Below are positions 9,886 through 20,676 of a stretch of DNA of 64,000 nt, in pieces; position 1 is the first letter of the stretch; each line of letters opens with the position of its first letter. Below the pieces are notes generated by a model. The model worked only from the letters and a program-made list of their open reading frames with translations, did not search any database and had not been told where the DNA came from. This DNA comes from an uncultured Chloroflexia bacterium (GTDB lineage: Bacteria > Chloroflexota > Chloroflexia > QHBQ01 > JADMIH01), in assembly GCA_963797095.1 (NCBI GenBank), contig CAWCNY010000004.1, positions 576,001 through 640,000 on the forward strand, written 5' to 3'. A program made the translations under genes and the position numbers.

Positions 9886-10958
9886 GGTGCGTCCTTCCGC
9901 ACCGCCAGCACGAAGTATGGCCCGGCCCGCCAGCCGCCAAAGAGCACAAGGTCGAGCCACATCAGTTCGGTGAGGATGCGCATGGCGCGATAGGCCCAAC
10001 CGCGCTTGTTCAGACGCGTGCGGATCGTGGAGCGGAGAGCGTCTTCGCCTGTTGACTGATCGGGAGGTGGCACACCGGTTTTGGGGCGCGAGCGTAAGCG
10101 GCGAATAGCCGACTCGCCCAGCTTAACCAGCAAGTTCTCGATCAGGCTCTGGAAGAGACCGTTCCAGAAGATCACGCGCTCAACTCGCCAGCCGCACTCG
10201 TTCAATACGCTTTCCAGTTGAGCATAAGTCTCCACGGCCTTCACGTGGTCGGACTTGCGCAGGCGGTCGCGAGAATCGTCCAGCAGACCCCGCTCGCCAA
10301 GCCAGCGCGACAGGCGGCGCGTGGTCTTCACGATGAAGTCGAGGCGCGAGCCTTCGCGGGTGTTGGAGAAGATGAAGAAGCGGCCGCTCGGCGCGAGGGC
10401 GCGATGGGCCTCGCGCAGGTAGAGCCGAAAATCGTCGATCGGCAAATGCTCCAGCACATCAATGGAGAGAGCGGCAGTGAATGTGCCATCTGCGAAGGGG
10501 AGGGCGCGGGCATCGGCGCGGCAGAGGTCTATGTGTTCCAGGGCATCTTTTGCGAAAAGTGGCGCGGGGTCGATGCCAACGGCCCAATCGACGCTGCGGC
10601 TGTTCCAGTAGACGAACTTACCGTTGCCACAACCAAGCTCGACCAGCCGGTCGGATTTGGTAGGCGCGAGCAGGCGGCGAATGGCGCGTTGGCGAACACC
10701 CGCACCCAGCACGGGAGGGCCGATCCGCTTGTAGTCGAGGGTAGCCTCGAACTCGCCTTCGTGAGACACATAAAGGGAAGCATGTGCGCCCTCATCCGGC
10801 GGCATAAGATCAATGTATTCGTTATCGACAACGCGATAGACGCGCCCGCAACGAGGGCAGCGCGCCCCTTCCTCGATGCGCCGGAGGTGGGGTGCAACTG
10901 CCTCCCGGCAGGTGGGAGTCACGCAAACTACAGATTTGAGCAATCGGTCAGAGATCAT
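9882..10958 (-). CDS. Class I SAM-dependent methyltransferase with N-terminal Trm112-like Zn-finger
   Basis: 'ELGCGNG' motif I, 'ADARALPFAD', 'DVLEHL'; N-terminal CVTPTC...CPRC...YIDL. Confidence 0.85.
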   Translation of the reverse strand: MISDRLLKSVVCVTPTCREAVAPHLRRIEEGARCPRCGRVYRVVDNEYIDLMPPDEGAHASLYVSHEGEFEATLDYKRIGPPVLGAGVRQRAIRRLLAPTKSDRLVELGCGNGKFVYWNSRSVDWAVGIDPAPLFAKDALEHIDLCRADARALPFADGTFTAALSIDVLEHLPIDDFRLYLREAHRALAPSGRFFIFSNTREGSRLDFIVKTTRRLSRWLGERGLLDDSRDRLRKSDHVKAVETYAQLESVLNECGWRVERVIFWNGLFQSLIENLLVKLGESAIRRLRSRPKTGVPPPDQSTGEDALRSTIRTRLNKRGWAYRAMRILTELMWLDLVLFGGWRAGPYFVLAVRKDAP

Positions 10959-10970
10959 AAGTGTATCTTG

Positions 10971-12473
10971 TCAGCATTGTGGCAGGCTGCGGTAGAAGCG
11001 GGCGCGATTGAAGAGGAAATCCCAGATGAGGCCGGGGGTCTTGAGCGGGATCTCCAACTGCCCTTTGAGCACCGTGCCCCAATCGAGGCCCTGGCGCTGC
11101 GGCGAGCACCAGAGGGCGTATTGCATCAGCAACCCGGCGTTCCAGAAGACGAAGAGGGCTGCCACCAGCGCGATACCCCAGCGCGGCACGCCCTTCGCGA
11201 GCGCCCAGGAGATGAGGGCCGACACCCCAAGCACGAAAATCAGGGTGCAGTTGATGAAGCGGCGCTGCCCAAACGAGCTTGCGCTCTGCCAGGTGAGGAA
11301 GGAGCCTGCAATGTACACCTGCAAGACGAAGGCCAGCAGGAGGGCACCGGCAAAAAGGCGGTCGCGCCGCCAGAAGAGGGCCATGCCTATCAACGCGACC
11401 CCGATGATGGGTGCCCACGGTATCATGCCGTGTTCGGGGTTGAAGAGGACGTTCAGGAAGTTGGGTGAGGTGAGGTCGAACTTGCCGGAAACGACCTTTG
11501 ACGGGCCGAACGCGCCCGTGATCACTTTATAGGCGATCAGTTGAGGGATGAAGGCGATAAAGGCTGCCACCATCATAACCCCGAAGCCAAGCACGAGGCC
11601 ACCGGCGCGCCGTAACCAATCGGCGTGATGCCTGCGCCACATCGCGATGAGAGCAATCAGGGCCTCGACGCCGGGGATGGCGAAAAAGAGCGCATCCTGC
11701 TCGCGCACCAGCATCATGACGCCACCCAAAGCGCCCAGGATCGCCCACTGGATGAGGGTGCGGCTGTGACCGTCCCGCAGGCGGGTGCGGTGCCAGTACC
11801 AGATGAAGAAAGTCACTACCAGCAACGAAGTGGCATGCGACCAGGGTGGGGCGATCACAGTATAGAAGATGAGGGAGGTGGAGAACCACACCACAACCAC
11901 CGCGAAGGCGGCGAGCCTGCGCCCGAAGTAGCCGCTCGCGATGGACCAGCAGAGGAGTAGTCCCAGGCAGCCGAACAAATAAGAAGTCAGGCACACAGCG
12001 GCGATGTAGGGGTCGGACCAACCATCGGCTTTCACGTCGAAGCCAACCGATTGCGCGCCGAGCGTGAGCACGTGGGCGATAGCATAGGAGGGCATCCAGA
12101 GCAGCCCCGTGCCGATGGGGGCCTCGTTTGTGGGGAGGCCTGTAGGCTCGCGGGTGTTGTAGAGATCGGTCTTGATCGCCTCGAACTTGACCGGATCGAC
12201 CTCGTACCAGTGCAGGTAGTCGTTGCTGAAGTCGAGATCGCCGTCGAAGAAAAGGGAGTGGGTGTAAGCATAGTACTTGATCTCGTCCGAGGCGTAGATG
12301 CGGCGGGTGGCGAGAGGGGCCAGCAGGATAAAGAGAATTATCAGAAGTAGGAGGGGGCGGTTGGTAAGGCGGTCAACGAGCGATGATAGTCGATGGACGA
12401 TGGAAGACCTCCCTGCCGTGCCGCTGACCGGCGCAGGGGAGACGCTGCTTGCAGTGGAGTTAGCGCGCGCCAT
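10971..12473 (-). CDS. GT-C-like integral membrane glycosyltransferase
   Basis: 'DEIKYYAYTHSLFFDGDLDFSNDY' loop, 'VREQD', 'SFGQRRF', many TM helices. Confidence 0.75.
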   Translation of the reverse strand: MARANSTASSVSPAPVSGTAGRSSIVHRLSSLVDRLTNRPLLLLIILFILLAPLATRRIYASDEIKYYAYTHSLFFDGDLDFSNDYLHWYEVDPVKFEAIKTDLYNTREPTGLPTNEAPIGTGLLWMPSYAIAHVLTLGAQSVGFDVKADGWSDPYIAAVCLTSYLFGCLGLLLCWSIASGYFGRRLAAFAVVVVWFSTSLIFYTVIAPPWSHATSLLVVTFFIWYWHRTRLRDGHSRTLIQWAILGALGGVMMLVREQDALFFAIPGVEALIALIAMWRRHHADWLRRAGGLVLGFGVMMVAAFIAFIPQLIAYKVITGAFGPSKVVSGKFDLTSPNFLNVLFNPEHGMIPWAPIIGVALIGMALFWRRDRLFAGALLLAFVLQVYIAGSFLTWQSASSFGQRRFINCTLIFVLGVSALISWALAKGVPRWGIALVAALFVFWNAGLLMQYALWCSPQRQGLDWGTVLKGQLEIPLKTPGLIWDFLFNRARFYRSLPQC

Positions 12474-13668
12474 TCACCACCTCCGCTATATGAGCGGCGC
12501 GCGCCTGGTAAGTATAAGCGGTGGAGAGAGCGCGGGCTGCTTCGCCCATGCGTTCGCGCCGAGTGGGATCTGCGGCGAGGGCTGAGATGGCTTCGGCCAA
12601 TGCTTCCGAATTGCCCCCTTCGAAGAAGATCGCGGCATCCTCCGTGATTATCTCCCGGAGAGCGGGCATATCTTTGCAGATCAGGGGTCGGGCCACGGCC
12701 ATATACTCGAACAGCTTGAGCGGTGAGGCCGTCACACCCGTGACGGTGTCGGGGATCACAAGCACGTCGGCAGCCTGAGTGTAGGCCACCGCTCGCTCCT
12801 GTGGTAGCCGACCCGTGAACGCGATCCTATCTAGAGGGATATGTAGCTCCTTTGAGAGTGCGCGCAAGCTATCTACCTCGGCGGGGCGGCCACCCACCAG
12901 CACAAGCAAGGCATCGGGGTGATGGCGGCTAACATTGGCAAACGCCTCAACAAGAGTTTCGAGGCCACGGTACGCAAAGGTGAGACCGGCGTAGCCGATA
13001 ATAAATGCATCCTCCGGCAAGACGGTTTCAAGTCGCGCACTCCCCTTATCTACAGGATAATACAGCGCGGGATCGAATGCGTCGGGAATCACAGCGATCT
13101 CATTGGGCTTTCTCAGGTGATGGGAGACAAGCCAATCCTTGAAGGTCTGGGTGAGGGAGACGATGCGGAAGGCGCGGGTTAGCGCGATGCGGTCAAGCCA
13201 GGGTAGGAAACGCGACCAGAAAGCGTGGGGCCAGCGGGAGGCGCGACTTGGGTGGTCGGCCTCGAGGTCGTGCACCTCGTAGATGATGCGCGATCCGTGG
13301 AGTGGGCGCAGGAGGGCAAGCCAGGCGGCGCAGACGGTGTCGCGCACGTAGATCACTTTGTATTTTCGCCTCTGCAATCGCCAACTCACAAGGAGTATAA
13401 CGAGCATCGAGGCGTAGAGGGTGCGCTCGATGTAGGACCAGCCCGACCAGGGTAAGAACTTCGACAGCTTGTTGACGGCGGGACGCGGCAGGTGCAGGGC
13501 ACCGAGGTCGGAGAAGGCGCTCGGCTCGCGAAGCCACCGTGGGATCACGAGGCGCATTCCGGGGATGATAACTCGTAGCTCGCTCACGGTGTTGAAGGTC
13601 TGGATGGCGTTGGCGGCTCCGAGGTCGAGGCGCATGGGGTAGGCTACGTAGAGGAGGGTGCGAGGCAC
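12460..13668 (-). CDS. Glycosyltransferase family 4
   Basis: GTG 13668 after GGAGGAGG; 'ANAIQT', 'YEVHD', 'SPLKLFEYMA'. Confidence 0.9.
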   Translation of the reverse strand: MPRTLLYVAYPMRLDLGAANAIQTFNTVSELRVIIPGMRLVIPRWLREPSAFSDLGALHLPRPAVNKLSKFLPWSGWSYIERTLYASMLVILLVSWRLQRRKYKVIYVRDTVCAAWLALLRPLHGSRIIYEVHDLEADHPSRASRWPHAFWSRFLPWLDRIALTRAFRIVSLTQTFKDWLVSHHLRKPNEIAVIPDAFDPALYYPVDKGSARLETVLPEDAFIIGYAGLTFAYRGLETLVEAFANVSRHHPDALLVLVGGRPAEVDSLRALSKELHIPLDRIAFTGRLPQERAVAYTQAADVLVIPDTVTGVTASPLKLFEYMAVARPLICKDMPALREIITEDAAIFFEGGNSEALAEAISALAADPTRRERMGEAARALSTAYTYQARAAHIAEVVNGAR

Positions 13669-14786
13669 CTGTACACCTCCTCCAGCCTGTCGCCGACCGC
13701 GCTCCAACTGAAATGTGTTTGCACGCGCGTGCGGCCTGCTTCGCCCATGTGGCGTGCAAGTTCGTGGTCGGCAAGCAGAATATTGATCTTCGAGGCGAAG
13801 TCGTGAGGGTCTTGCGGGCGCGCCAGAAATCCGGTGTCGCCATCCACCACTACCTCGCGAAACCCTCCGAAGTCGCTGGCAACTACGGGCGCGCCGCACG
13901 CCATCGCCTCGCAAAGGGCCATCCCGAAGGTCTCGTTGACGAAGGAGGCGGCCACCAGCATGGTGCAGCAGCGATAGAGGGCCGCTAGCTTCGACTGCTC
14001 CACCCGCCCAAGCCAGCGGATGCGGTCGGCCACGCCCAGTTTATCGGCCAGGGCGCGCAGGTCAGGCTCGTAAGGCCCTTCGCCCGCGACCCATAGCTGA
14101 GTGCCGGGTTTGTCCAGCAGGGGAAGCGCCTGGATCAGATATTCGCCCCCCTTCCAGCGCACCAATCGGGAGGCATAGAGCAAGGCGGGCTGTTCGGGCG
14201 TGACTTGCAAGCCGTACTCTGCCAGCACCGCCTTGTCATTGCGGTCGTCCGGGGTGAAGAGATCGAGGTCAACGCCGTTGTAGACCACCACCGGATCGAT
14301 GCCGTAACGAGCGTGCACCTGGGACGCATTGAACTTGCTGGCTGCCACCGAGCCATCGGCAAAGCGCACAAAGAGGCGGTCGCCGGGCCAGAAGTCTTTG
14401 CCATGGCAGCCGAAGAGGAGCTTTGCGCCGGAGAGGCGCGCAAGAGCGCCGGGAGGAAGATCATACGGCTTCTGGATGTGTACGATGTCATATCGCCCAG
14501 CCAGCAGCGCGGGGAGGGCGAAGGGCACCATAGTGAGGCGCTCAAGGAGCTTGGTAAGAGTGTACTGTCTGCCCAGGAGGGGTATCTTGCGCCAGAGGTC
14601 GCGGTCGATGTAGGGGTAGCGGCGGACCCGAACGCCGTGGGGCGTTCGGCCTGTGATTTGCCCCCTGCCGCCGAAGATGTGGGCGGTGTGGCCGCGCGCT
14701 GCCATCTGGGCGGCGACCTCCCAGACGAAGGTCTCGACGCCTCCCCAGCGGGTGGTGGTTGTGAGATTGTAGAGGGCGATTTTCAC
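13644..14786 (-). CDS. Glycosyltransferase family 4
   Basis: GTG 14786 gives 'KIALYNLTTTTRWGGVE'; 'SRLVRWKG', 'ETFGMALCEAMA'. Confidence 0.9.
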   Translation of the reverse strand: MKIALYNLTTTTRWGGVETFVWEVAAQMAARGHTAHIFGGRGQITGRTPHGVRVRRYPYIDRDLWRKIPLLGRQYTLTKLLERLTMVPFALPALLAGRYDIVHIQKPYDLPPGALARLSGAKLLFGCHGKDFWPGDRLFVRFADGSVAASKFNASQVHARYGIDPVVVYNGVDLDLFTPDDRNDKAVLAEYGLQVTPEQPALLYASRLVRWKGGEYLIQALPLLDKPGTQLWVAGEGPYEPDLRALADKLGVADRIRWLGRVEQSKLAALYRCCTMLVAASFVNETFGMALCEAMACGAPVVASDFGGFREVVVDGDTGFLARPQDPHDFASKINILLADHELARHMGEAGRTRVQTHFSWSAVGDRLEEVYRCLAPSST

Positions 14787-14803
14787 AGCAACAGTGACAG
14801 GTA

Positions 14804-15697
14804 TCAAGTCTCGCTTGAGGGCTTGCGCAGCATGATCTGGTAAGTACCCTGCCAGCCGTAGCGGTAGAGGCGATAGAACGGGTTGAAGAGGCCGATCTGG
14901 CGAACAAGGGAAAGGACGGCGAGGCGTGAGCCTCTTAGCTGCCGGATCTCGCCGCGCTGGATGCGCCACAGGACAAGGTCGCGCACCTGGAAACCTATGC
15001 CCTGGGCCATGCGGGTGAACGCGGACCATGTGTAGGTGTTGAGGTCGGAAAGCTCCTGCCTGTCCTGGAGGAGGCCGCCGCTCTTGCTGTGCCCTGAGCG
15101 GCTGATGATCGCTTCGGCCAGGGGACGCGGTAGCCAGTTGATCAGCGGCAGGTGATAGTGCGGGTCTCGGAAGGCGCGACGATTGGGCACGGTGGTCAGC
15201 ACTATGCCTCCCGGCCTGAGCGCCCTGCGCATCTCCCGCATGACGGCCTCTGCATCGGCCACGTGTTCGAGCACGTCGAGGCAGGTGATCAGGTCGAACG
15301 ACTCATCGGGATAGGGAAGGTGCTCGCCCGCGGCCACCGCGATGGGAAGCGTGAGACCATAGCGAGCCGCGCGCAGGGAGGCGATCTTGCAGTAGTCGGG
15401 GTTGTAGTCCATCGCCTGCAAGGTAAGCCCCTTGTCGCGATAGGCCAGCATGAGGGCGACCGAGAGGCCACCCATACCCGCCCCCAGGTCGAGCAGCGAC
15501 TTGCCCGCGATCTCGTTGCCTAGAGCCTGGGCCACATCCTTGAGGTTAGCTTCCTGGTGGCGCTCCTGCCAGATGCGGCGCTCTCGCCAGCTATCGAAGT
15601 CTTTGCGCCAGGTCATGTGCGAGAGCCACGGCTCGATGGCGCGCGCTAACTCGGCCTCCAACTCAGGTTTGGTAGGCGTGGGGTCGGTGCGCTTCAC
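14804..15697 (-). CDS. Class I SAM-dependent methyltransferase
   Basis: 'LLDLGAGMGG', 'GEHLPYPDESFD', 'DVLEHV', 'LRPGG'; start uncertain (GTG 15697 avoids overlap with DUF971). Confidence 0.87.
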   Translation of the reverse strand: MKRTDPTPTKPELEAELARAIEPWLSHMTWRKDFDSWRERRIWQERHQEANLKDVAQALGNEIAGKSLLDLGAGMGGLSVALMLAYRDKGLTLQAMDYNPDYCKIASLRAARYGLTLPIAVAAGEHLPYPDESFDLITCLDVLEHVADAEAVMREMRRALRPGGIVLTTVPNRRAFRDPHYHLPLINWLPRPLAEAIISRSGHSKSGGLLQDRQELSDLNTYTWSAFTRMAQGIGFQVRDLVLWRIQRGEIRQLRGSRLAVLSLVRQIGLFNPFYRLYRYGWQGTYQIMLRKPSSET

Positions 15698-15734
15698 TTG
15701 TTCGTGTGCTTGTTCCTGCAAGGGGTCGGGTTGG

Positions 15735-16094
15735 TTATTCGCCGGGGCGCTCTTGTGGCGCGCTCGGCTCTCCGTCGTGCGAGTTTTCGCGGAGCCAGTC
15801 GTAGGTGAATATCCCGTCGTGGTGGCCGTCGGCCCAGAAGAGCATAATGCCGTAGCGCCCGATGGGCTGCACGTCCTCAAGGCTCGTCTCTTCGGGCGAC
15901 AGCGATTTTACGGATGAGAGGCGACCTGGGATGCCCATCTCGCCCCGGCAGAGGGCACAGGGGCACTGCCACCGCAGCCATTCTATGGGATAACGAGTGG
16001 TCCTGCCGTCGCTCCATTCGATCAGAAGCGTATTGCTCGCTTCTTCCGCCACCACACCGATCGGCTCGATGGGGGTGTACTCTGTTGTGGACAT
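15735..16094 (-). CDS. DUF971 / GBBH-like N-terminal domain protein
   Basis: 'LRWQCPCALC', 'IGRYG', 'WADGHHDGIFTYDWL' signature. Confidence 0.85.
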   Translation of the reverse strand: MSTTEYTPIEPIGVVAEEASNTLLIEWSDGRTTRYPIEWLRWQCPCALCRGEMGIPGRLSSVKSLSPEETSLEDVQPIGRYGIMLFWADGHHDGIFTYDWLRENSHDGEPSAPQERPGE

Positions 16095-16109
16095 GGAGTA
16101 ATTATATCA
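16095..16109 (-). promoter_or_regulatory. Internal extended -10 promoter giving a probable leaderless DUF971 mRNA
   Basis: TG-a-TATAAT (16109-16101), 6 nt, then ATG at 16094; no SD. Confidence 0.6.
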
Positions 16110-16126
16110 CGTGGGCTGATGCCGTA

Positions 16127-17752
16127 TCACTCGCGCTTGTACAGCCGGTAATTCTCTTTATCCGCAACCAGGTGCCATTCGGGCAAACTTTCCAATATTT
16201 CGAGGCCCGTCTTGTCCCCCAGTTTGTTGGCATCCACACTCAGGGCCTGCGCACTGGTGTCAACGAGGATGTAATCGAGATCCACATAGTCCGAGCGGGT
16301 ATGCAGGTCGGAGAAGTTATAGGGCGAGTAAGGAGCGGGCGGGAAGTTGTAGATGTAGCGCCGAGGCAACAGATGAGGCGCGGGGAAGGAACTTACGGCC
16401 ACCTTCGCATCGCGGGGGATCATGCTGGTTAGCTCATTGGCGGCGGCTATGCGGGCCGCAGGTTCGGGGAAGAGGAAGGCGCGCACGGCAGGATTCTTGA
16501 AAGGCACCTGCATGATCAGGCCCCACCCGACCACGCCAAGCGCCAGCCAGAAAGGAGCACGCGATATTCGCGCCTGATTGGACGAAGTATCGTCTCGCAA
16601 CCGCCGTTTCGACAGCCATTTCATAACATTGTCACCACCATACACGGCAGCGGCCATAATACCTGGGATCAAAAGCAGGCTGTAGTGGTGCTGGTAATCA
16701 TACTGCGCTTCGCGGGTGGAAAGGAGATTCAGAGCCAGTATTGGCAGGCTAAGCACCAAAGGACGTGCGCTCAGTAGCGGGAGAAAGAGCACCGGCAGGA
16801 GAAGCGCGATCATATAGCCGATCTTATCAGGGGTAAAGATCAGTTGCGCGGTATCCACCGGGTGGCTGACCACGTTCCAGACGATCTCAGGCCCGGTCCT
16901 CCCCAGGTGTCCGTAATAAGCCAGTTGCGGGTTGATGCCACACGGCCAGCACTGCATCGGGTCGTCAATCGGGCCAGAGGGTGGAGTGAACGCGCCGGGG
17001 TAGGCAAACGCAGGCACGAGCACAAACGTCGCCAGCGCGAAATACGCGCCACCTATCACCAACGGCGCGACCACCTGCGGCCACTTCCTGCGAGTCAGCA
17101 AGCCGTATATCCCGAACATAATGACCACGAAAGCCACATCGCTACGGGCAAGCATGGCGACGAAGGCGCACAGCCAGAAGAGTTTCCAGTTGCCCTTTTC
17201 GTAGAAGTAGAAGGCAAAGAGCAGAAGCGTAACCGAAAATAGCCTAACTTGAAATGGGTTGAGCACACCATGAAGCAGCACAGGGTAAAGCAGGTAAGCC
17301 AGCCCGAAGCCAAGCCCTGCCGTCTTGCTGCCCAATCGATCGCGGGCCAGCCAGTAGAGAGGGAGCGCGCCCAGGGCCGCCCCAACTATCTGAAGGAAGA
17401 AAAGGGTATGCGCGGAAGGGAGTATCGCGTAGAAAGGTACGAAGAAGAAGAGCATCGGCATCCAGTCCATGCCGAACACCGAGCCTGTGAAGTTGAAGCG
17501 CGAGTCCTCCATGATGTGGCCCTGGGTGGTGTTCCAGATAGCCTGCTCGAAATCGACCTGGTCGTAGCCCTGCCCGTAGGTCTCGTACTTATAGACGCTC
17601 GCGACGAAGATCAGGGCGATCCAGAGCACAATGGCAAGCACAAGCAAGCGAGGCGCTTGAGCTTCGAGCCATTGCAGCAAGGCCGAAAGGCGATCTCTTG
17701 GGGCCGCCTGCTCAGCCGAACGTGGTTCCGCGCTAGCTGTCGCGCCCGCCAC
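16127..17752 (-). CDS. DUF2079 family membrane protein (GT-C-like)
   Basis: 'YDQVDFEQAIWN', 'LQIVGAALGALPLYWLAR', 'YQHHYS'; GTG 17752 after AAGGAG. Confidence 0.8.
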   Translation of the reverse strand: MAGATASAEPRSAEQAAPRDRLSALLQWLEAQAPRLLVLAIVLWIALIFVASVYKYETYGQGYDQVDFEQAIWNTTQGHIMEDSRFNFTGSVFGMDWMPMLFFFVPFYAILPSAHTLFFLQIVGAALGALPLYWLARDRLGSKTAGLGFGLAYLLYPVLLHGVLNPFQVRLFSVTLLLFAFYFYEKGNWKLFWLCAFVAMLARSDVAFVVIMFGIYGLLTRRKWPQVVAPLVIGGAYFALATFVLVPAFAYPGAFTPPSGPIDDPMQCWPCGINPQLAYYGHLGRTGPEIVWNVVSHPVDTAQLIFTPDKIGYMIALLLPVLFLPLLSARPLVLSLPILALNLLSTREAQYDYQHHYSLLLIPGIMAAAVYGGDNVMKWLSKRRLRDDTSSNQARISRAPFWLALGVVGWGLIMQVPFKNPAVRAFLFPEPAARIAAANELTSMIPRDAKVAVSSFPAPHLLPRRYIYNFPPAPYSPYNFSDLHTRSDYVDLDYILVDTSAQALSVDANKLGDKTGLEILESLPEWHLVADKENYRLYKRE

Positions 17753-18530
17753 CTGCGGTCTCCTTATCAAAGGGGCGTTGAAGCACGCACACCACCGACA
17801 ATCCAAACGGCAGCCTGGCCCGCCTGAGGAAGTTCGCTTCCAACCCGTAATACCCGACAAGCGCGCTGTTGAGCGGCCCCGGCAGCGTAATGAAGTCGCT
17901 CTCAGGATCGCTAGCATTACCTGAGCGGCGAGCGGCTTTCAAGAGGAGGCTTTTGACCGCCCGCACCGTCACGGCGGGCACGAGAATGACGGCGTTGCTG
18001 TAGCTCACCTTGCGAACATTGAACCCCGCGCGCCTGGCAACCTCCGTCATCATGCGCGTTGTGTAACGGCGTCGGTGGCCCAGGATGTCGTCCCAGTAAG
18101 TCCACAGAAACTTGTAAGCGGGCACGCTTACAATGAGCAATCCTCCAGGCTTCATCACCCGATATAGCTCCCGCAGAGCAACGAGATCATCATCCAGGTG
18201 CTCGATAACGTCGAGAGCGGTTGCGATATCGAAATACCGGTCCGCGAATGGAAGGTGAGCCGCGTCGGCCTTGCACAGGCGCTTGTGGCCCCGCGCGCGG
18301 CAGAAGTCGAGCGCTTCCTCCACATAGTCGGTGCCGGTGGCCCTGGCATACCGCTCCAGGTGGTCAAGGTTGAGGCCGGTGCCGCACCCCAGGTCGAGGG
18401 CGCGGCGGTTCGCCGGGTTGCCCTTCGGCAGATAGCGGCGTAGCAGGCTATAAACGATCCTGCGCTTGCCTATGTGCCACCAGTGGGTGTGCTCTTTGTC
18501 GTAGAGGTCTCTGTAAAGGTCTTGTCTCAT
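17733..18530 (-). CDS. Class I SAM-dependent methyltransferase
   Basis: 'HWWHIGKR', 'LDLGCGTG', 'LDVIEHLDDD', 'GHRRRY'. Confidence 0.9.
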   Translation of the reverse strand: MRQDLYRDLYDKEHTHWWHIGKRRIVYSLLRRYLPKGNPANRRALDLGCGTGLNLDHLERYARATGTDYVEEALDFCRARGHKRLCKADAAHLPFADRYFDIATALDVIEHLDDDLVALRELYRVMKPGGLLIVSVPAYKFLWTYWDDILGHRRRYTTRMMTEVARRAGFNVRKVSYSNAVILVPAVTVRAVKSLLLKAARRSGNASDPESDFITLPGPLNSALVGYYGLEANFLRRARLPFGLSVVCVLQRPFDKETAGGGRDS

Positions 18531-18566
18531 TCTGAGTGGGAGTTCCTGGTGCCTTGTTCCTCGTTC

Positions 18567-20559
18567 TTAGTGGTATCTAGTGTAGATCAGATCGATCCAG
18601 AACGTGAGCATTTGCAATAGTGCGGCTGAGAGGGCCAGGGCTGCAAGCCTGGAAGCCCACTTCCGGCGTGCTATCAGCAGAGCAAGAAAGCGCCCGGCAA
18701 GGAGGGCTATGGGAGCAGCCGCCAAATAGTACCACCGAACTGAATCGCCCACTACCCTATCGAGCAGGGCAAAGATCAGAGCAGCACCCAGCCAGGAATA
18801 AAGCAAGGCGCGAGCCGCAGCAGGCAGGCGAGATAGAAACGCGGAGCCGAACCCTGCCGGTATCACGAGCAACCCACCGGAGAGTTGTACCACCTTGCCG
18901 GGCAGTTTCAGCAGGCCATCCACGAAGCCGGGCTGTCCGGTGGTTGGCGTGGCGGAAGCCGGTTGACGGCCCGTAAGCTTGCCCAACACATCGGCAATCT
19001 GGCCCCACATCACATCCAGAAAACGCCAGTAATAGACCGCGAAGCTTGCCGCCAACGCCGCACCGGAGGCTCCAACGACAGCCCAGGCAGGCTCCATTGG
19101 AGCAGGCGATTTACGAAGGGTGGAGACTATTAACCAGAACAAGTAAATCAGCATAATTCCGAGCGTAGCCAACATCATACCGTAGTGCCCAAGCATCGTC
19201 AAGAAGAAGCCGGCCGACAGCAAAACGGTGGCTGCCCACCTTGAAGTCTTGCCTGCAGTCAAATAGACAAGCGCACCAAGCAGAGTGAGATTTTGCACGC
19301 TCTGGCCGAACAGATTGGTGTAGTTTCCAGCCGAGAATAGATCGAGCACGCCCGATGAAGCGAGGTACGCGAAAGCGGCAACAGGCCCGATCAGGCGTCC
19401 TTGCCTGGGCCAAAGCCGGATCGCGGCCCAAACAAGCGCCAGGCAAGCGAGAGCATCGAGCAGCGAGGATGTCCACTTGAGGGCAAGGCTTAGGCCCTCG
19501 TCGGACGTGCCCGTGATCGGCGCGACAACAGCAAGCAGCAGGTAGTAGGCGGGAGGGTAGGGGACGAGCCTTCCATCCGGAAGAGGCTCCGTAAATACCC
19601 ATGTGCCTCGGAGCAATACGTCCTGCGCATTGTGTGCGTGCAGGATGATGTCGCTCGTCAAGAACTGGGGATAAGTAAGCCCGCCGAACCGCACCACGAA
19701 AGCCACAGCAAAAGCAAGCGTGCCCCAGGTGATTGCGCTTCGGGGCGCGCGCGCGTCACGTCCGATAAGGGCGGTCAGAAGCAGGCGAGCCGGCACAGCA
19801 AGTAGGAGTGTCCACGCAAAAAGTGAAGGAAGACTTGGCGCGAGCAGAGCGGTGTCGGGGCGGGCAAAGAGGATGCCCAACGCGGCAAGCAAAGCCACAA
19901 GCCACATCGTAGCAAGAGCAATCGAGCGACGCAGCCCGGACACAATAAACAGCAGATATGAGCCTGCCAACCCGAGGAGAAGGACAAGGAGCGTAACGAG
20001 CGATGGAATAACAGGCGGGCGCAAACCGTAGTCGGCGGGCCGCACACTCACGCTCCGTATAATCACGCCATGCTCGCGTGGGTCGGTGGGTGTCGTAAAG
20101 GTGGGCACATGGATCGCCAGCTTGAAATCCCCGTCGGTCGAACTCGTTGCCACGGTCGAAGAAGAAGGTGTCGGAGTGCTCGCCGGCCTGCGTTTGGAGC
20201 GTTACCGTCGTGCCGCGCGCCATCAACTCGATCTGAGGCGGCTCGGCATCTGGCCGCGCACCGATAGTGTTGATGGTCACCTCGACAGGCTCGTTGCCGA
20301 TGCCGGGAAGCACAATCTGAGGGTCGCCCATGCTCCACCGATACTTAAATGGTGGCTCGGTGGCGCTGATCTCAGGCTCGTTGAACCCGGAGATGTAGGG
20401 TTGGTAAAGCCTGTCCGCTATATCTATTGAGTAGTCCTGCTTGTACTGGTAGGCCCCTGCCCACAGGACCAGGGCAAGAGCCAGCGATACATAGAATCGA
20501 GGCTCACGGAGGCCACGTACCACGTCATTCAAGAGGGACGTGAAAAATGCACCCACCAT
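18567..20559 (-). pseudogene. GT-C-like membrane protein split by a frameshift (paralog of 20677..22758)
   Basis: ORFs 19756..20649 and 18567..20153 join in frame if one copy of the tandem GTCG at 20133-20140 is removed (E-F-D-G-D-F-K-L). Confidence 0.7.
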
Positions 20560-20676
20560 CAACTGCTTGCCCCCACCGGACGCCCGGTCCAGCACAACGG
20601 CTCCCACAAAGCGCCTATGATAGTCCGCGTCCAGGCGGCGGTAAGCCATATGCGCTGCGAGGTAGTTAGGGCTGCG

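Noticed and set aside
10218-11468. 416-aa plus-strand ORF
   Set aside because: Antisense to two well-supported genes; codon-bias shadow
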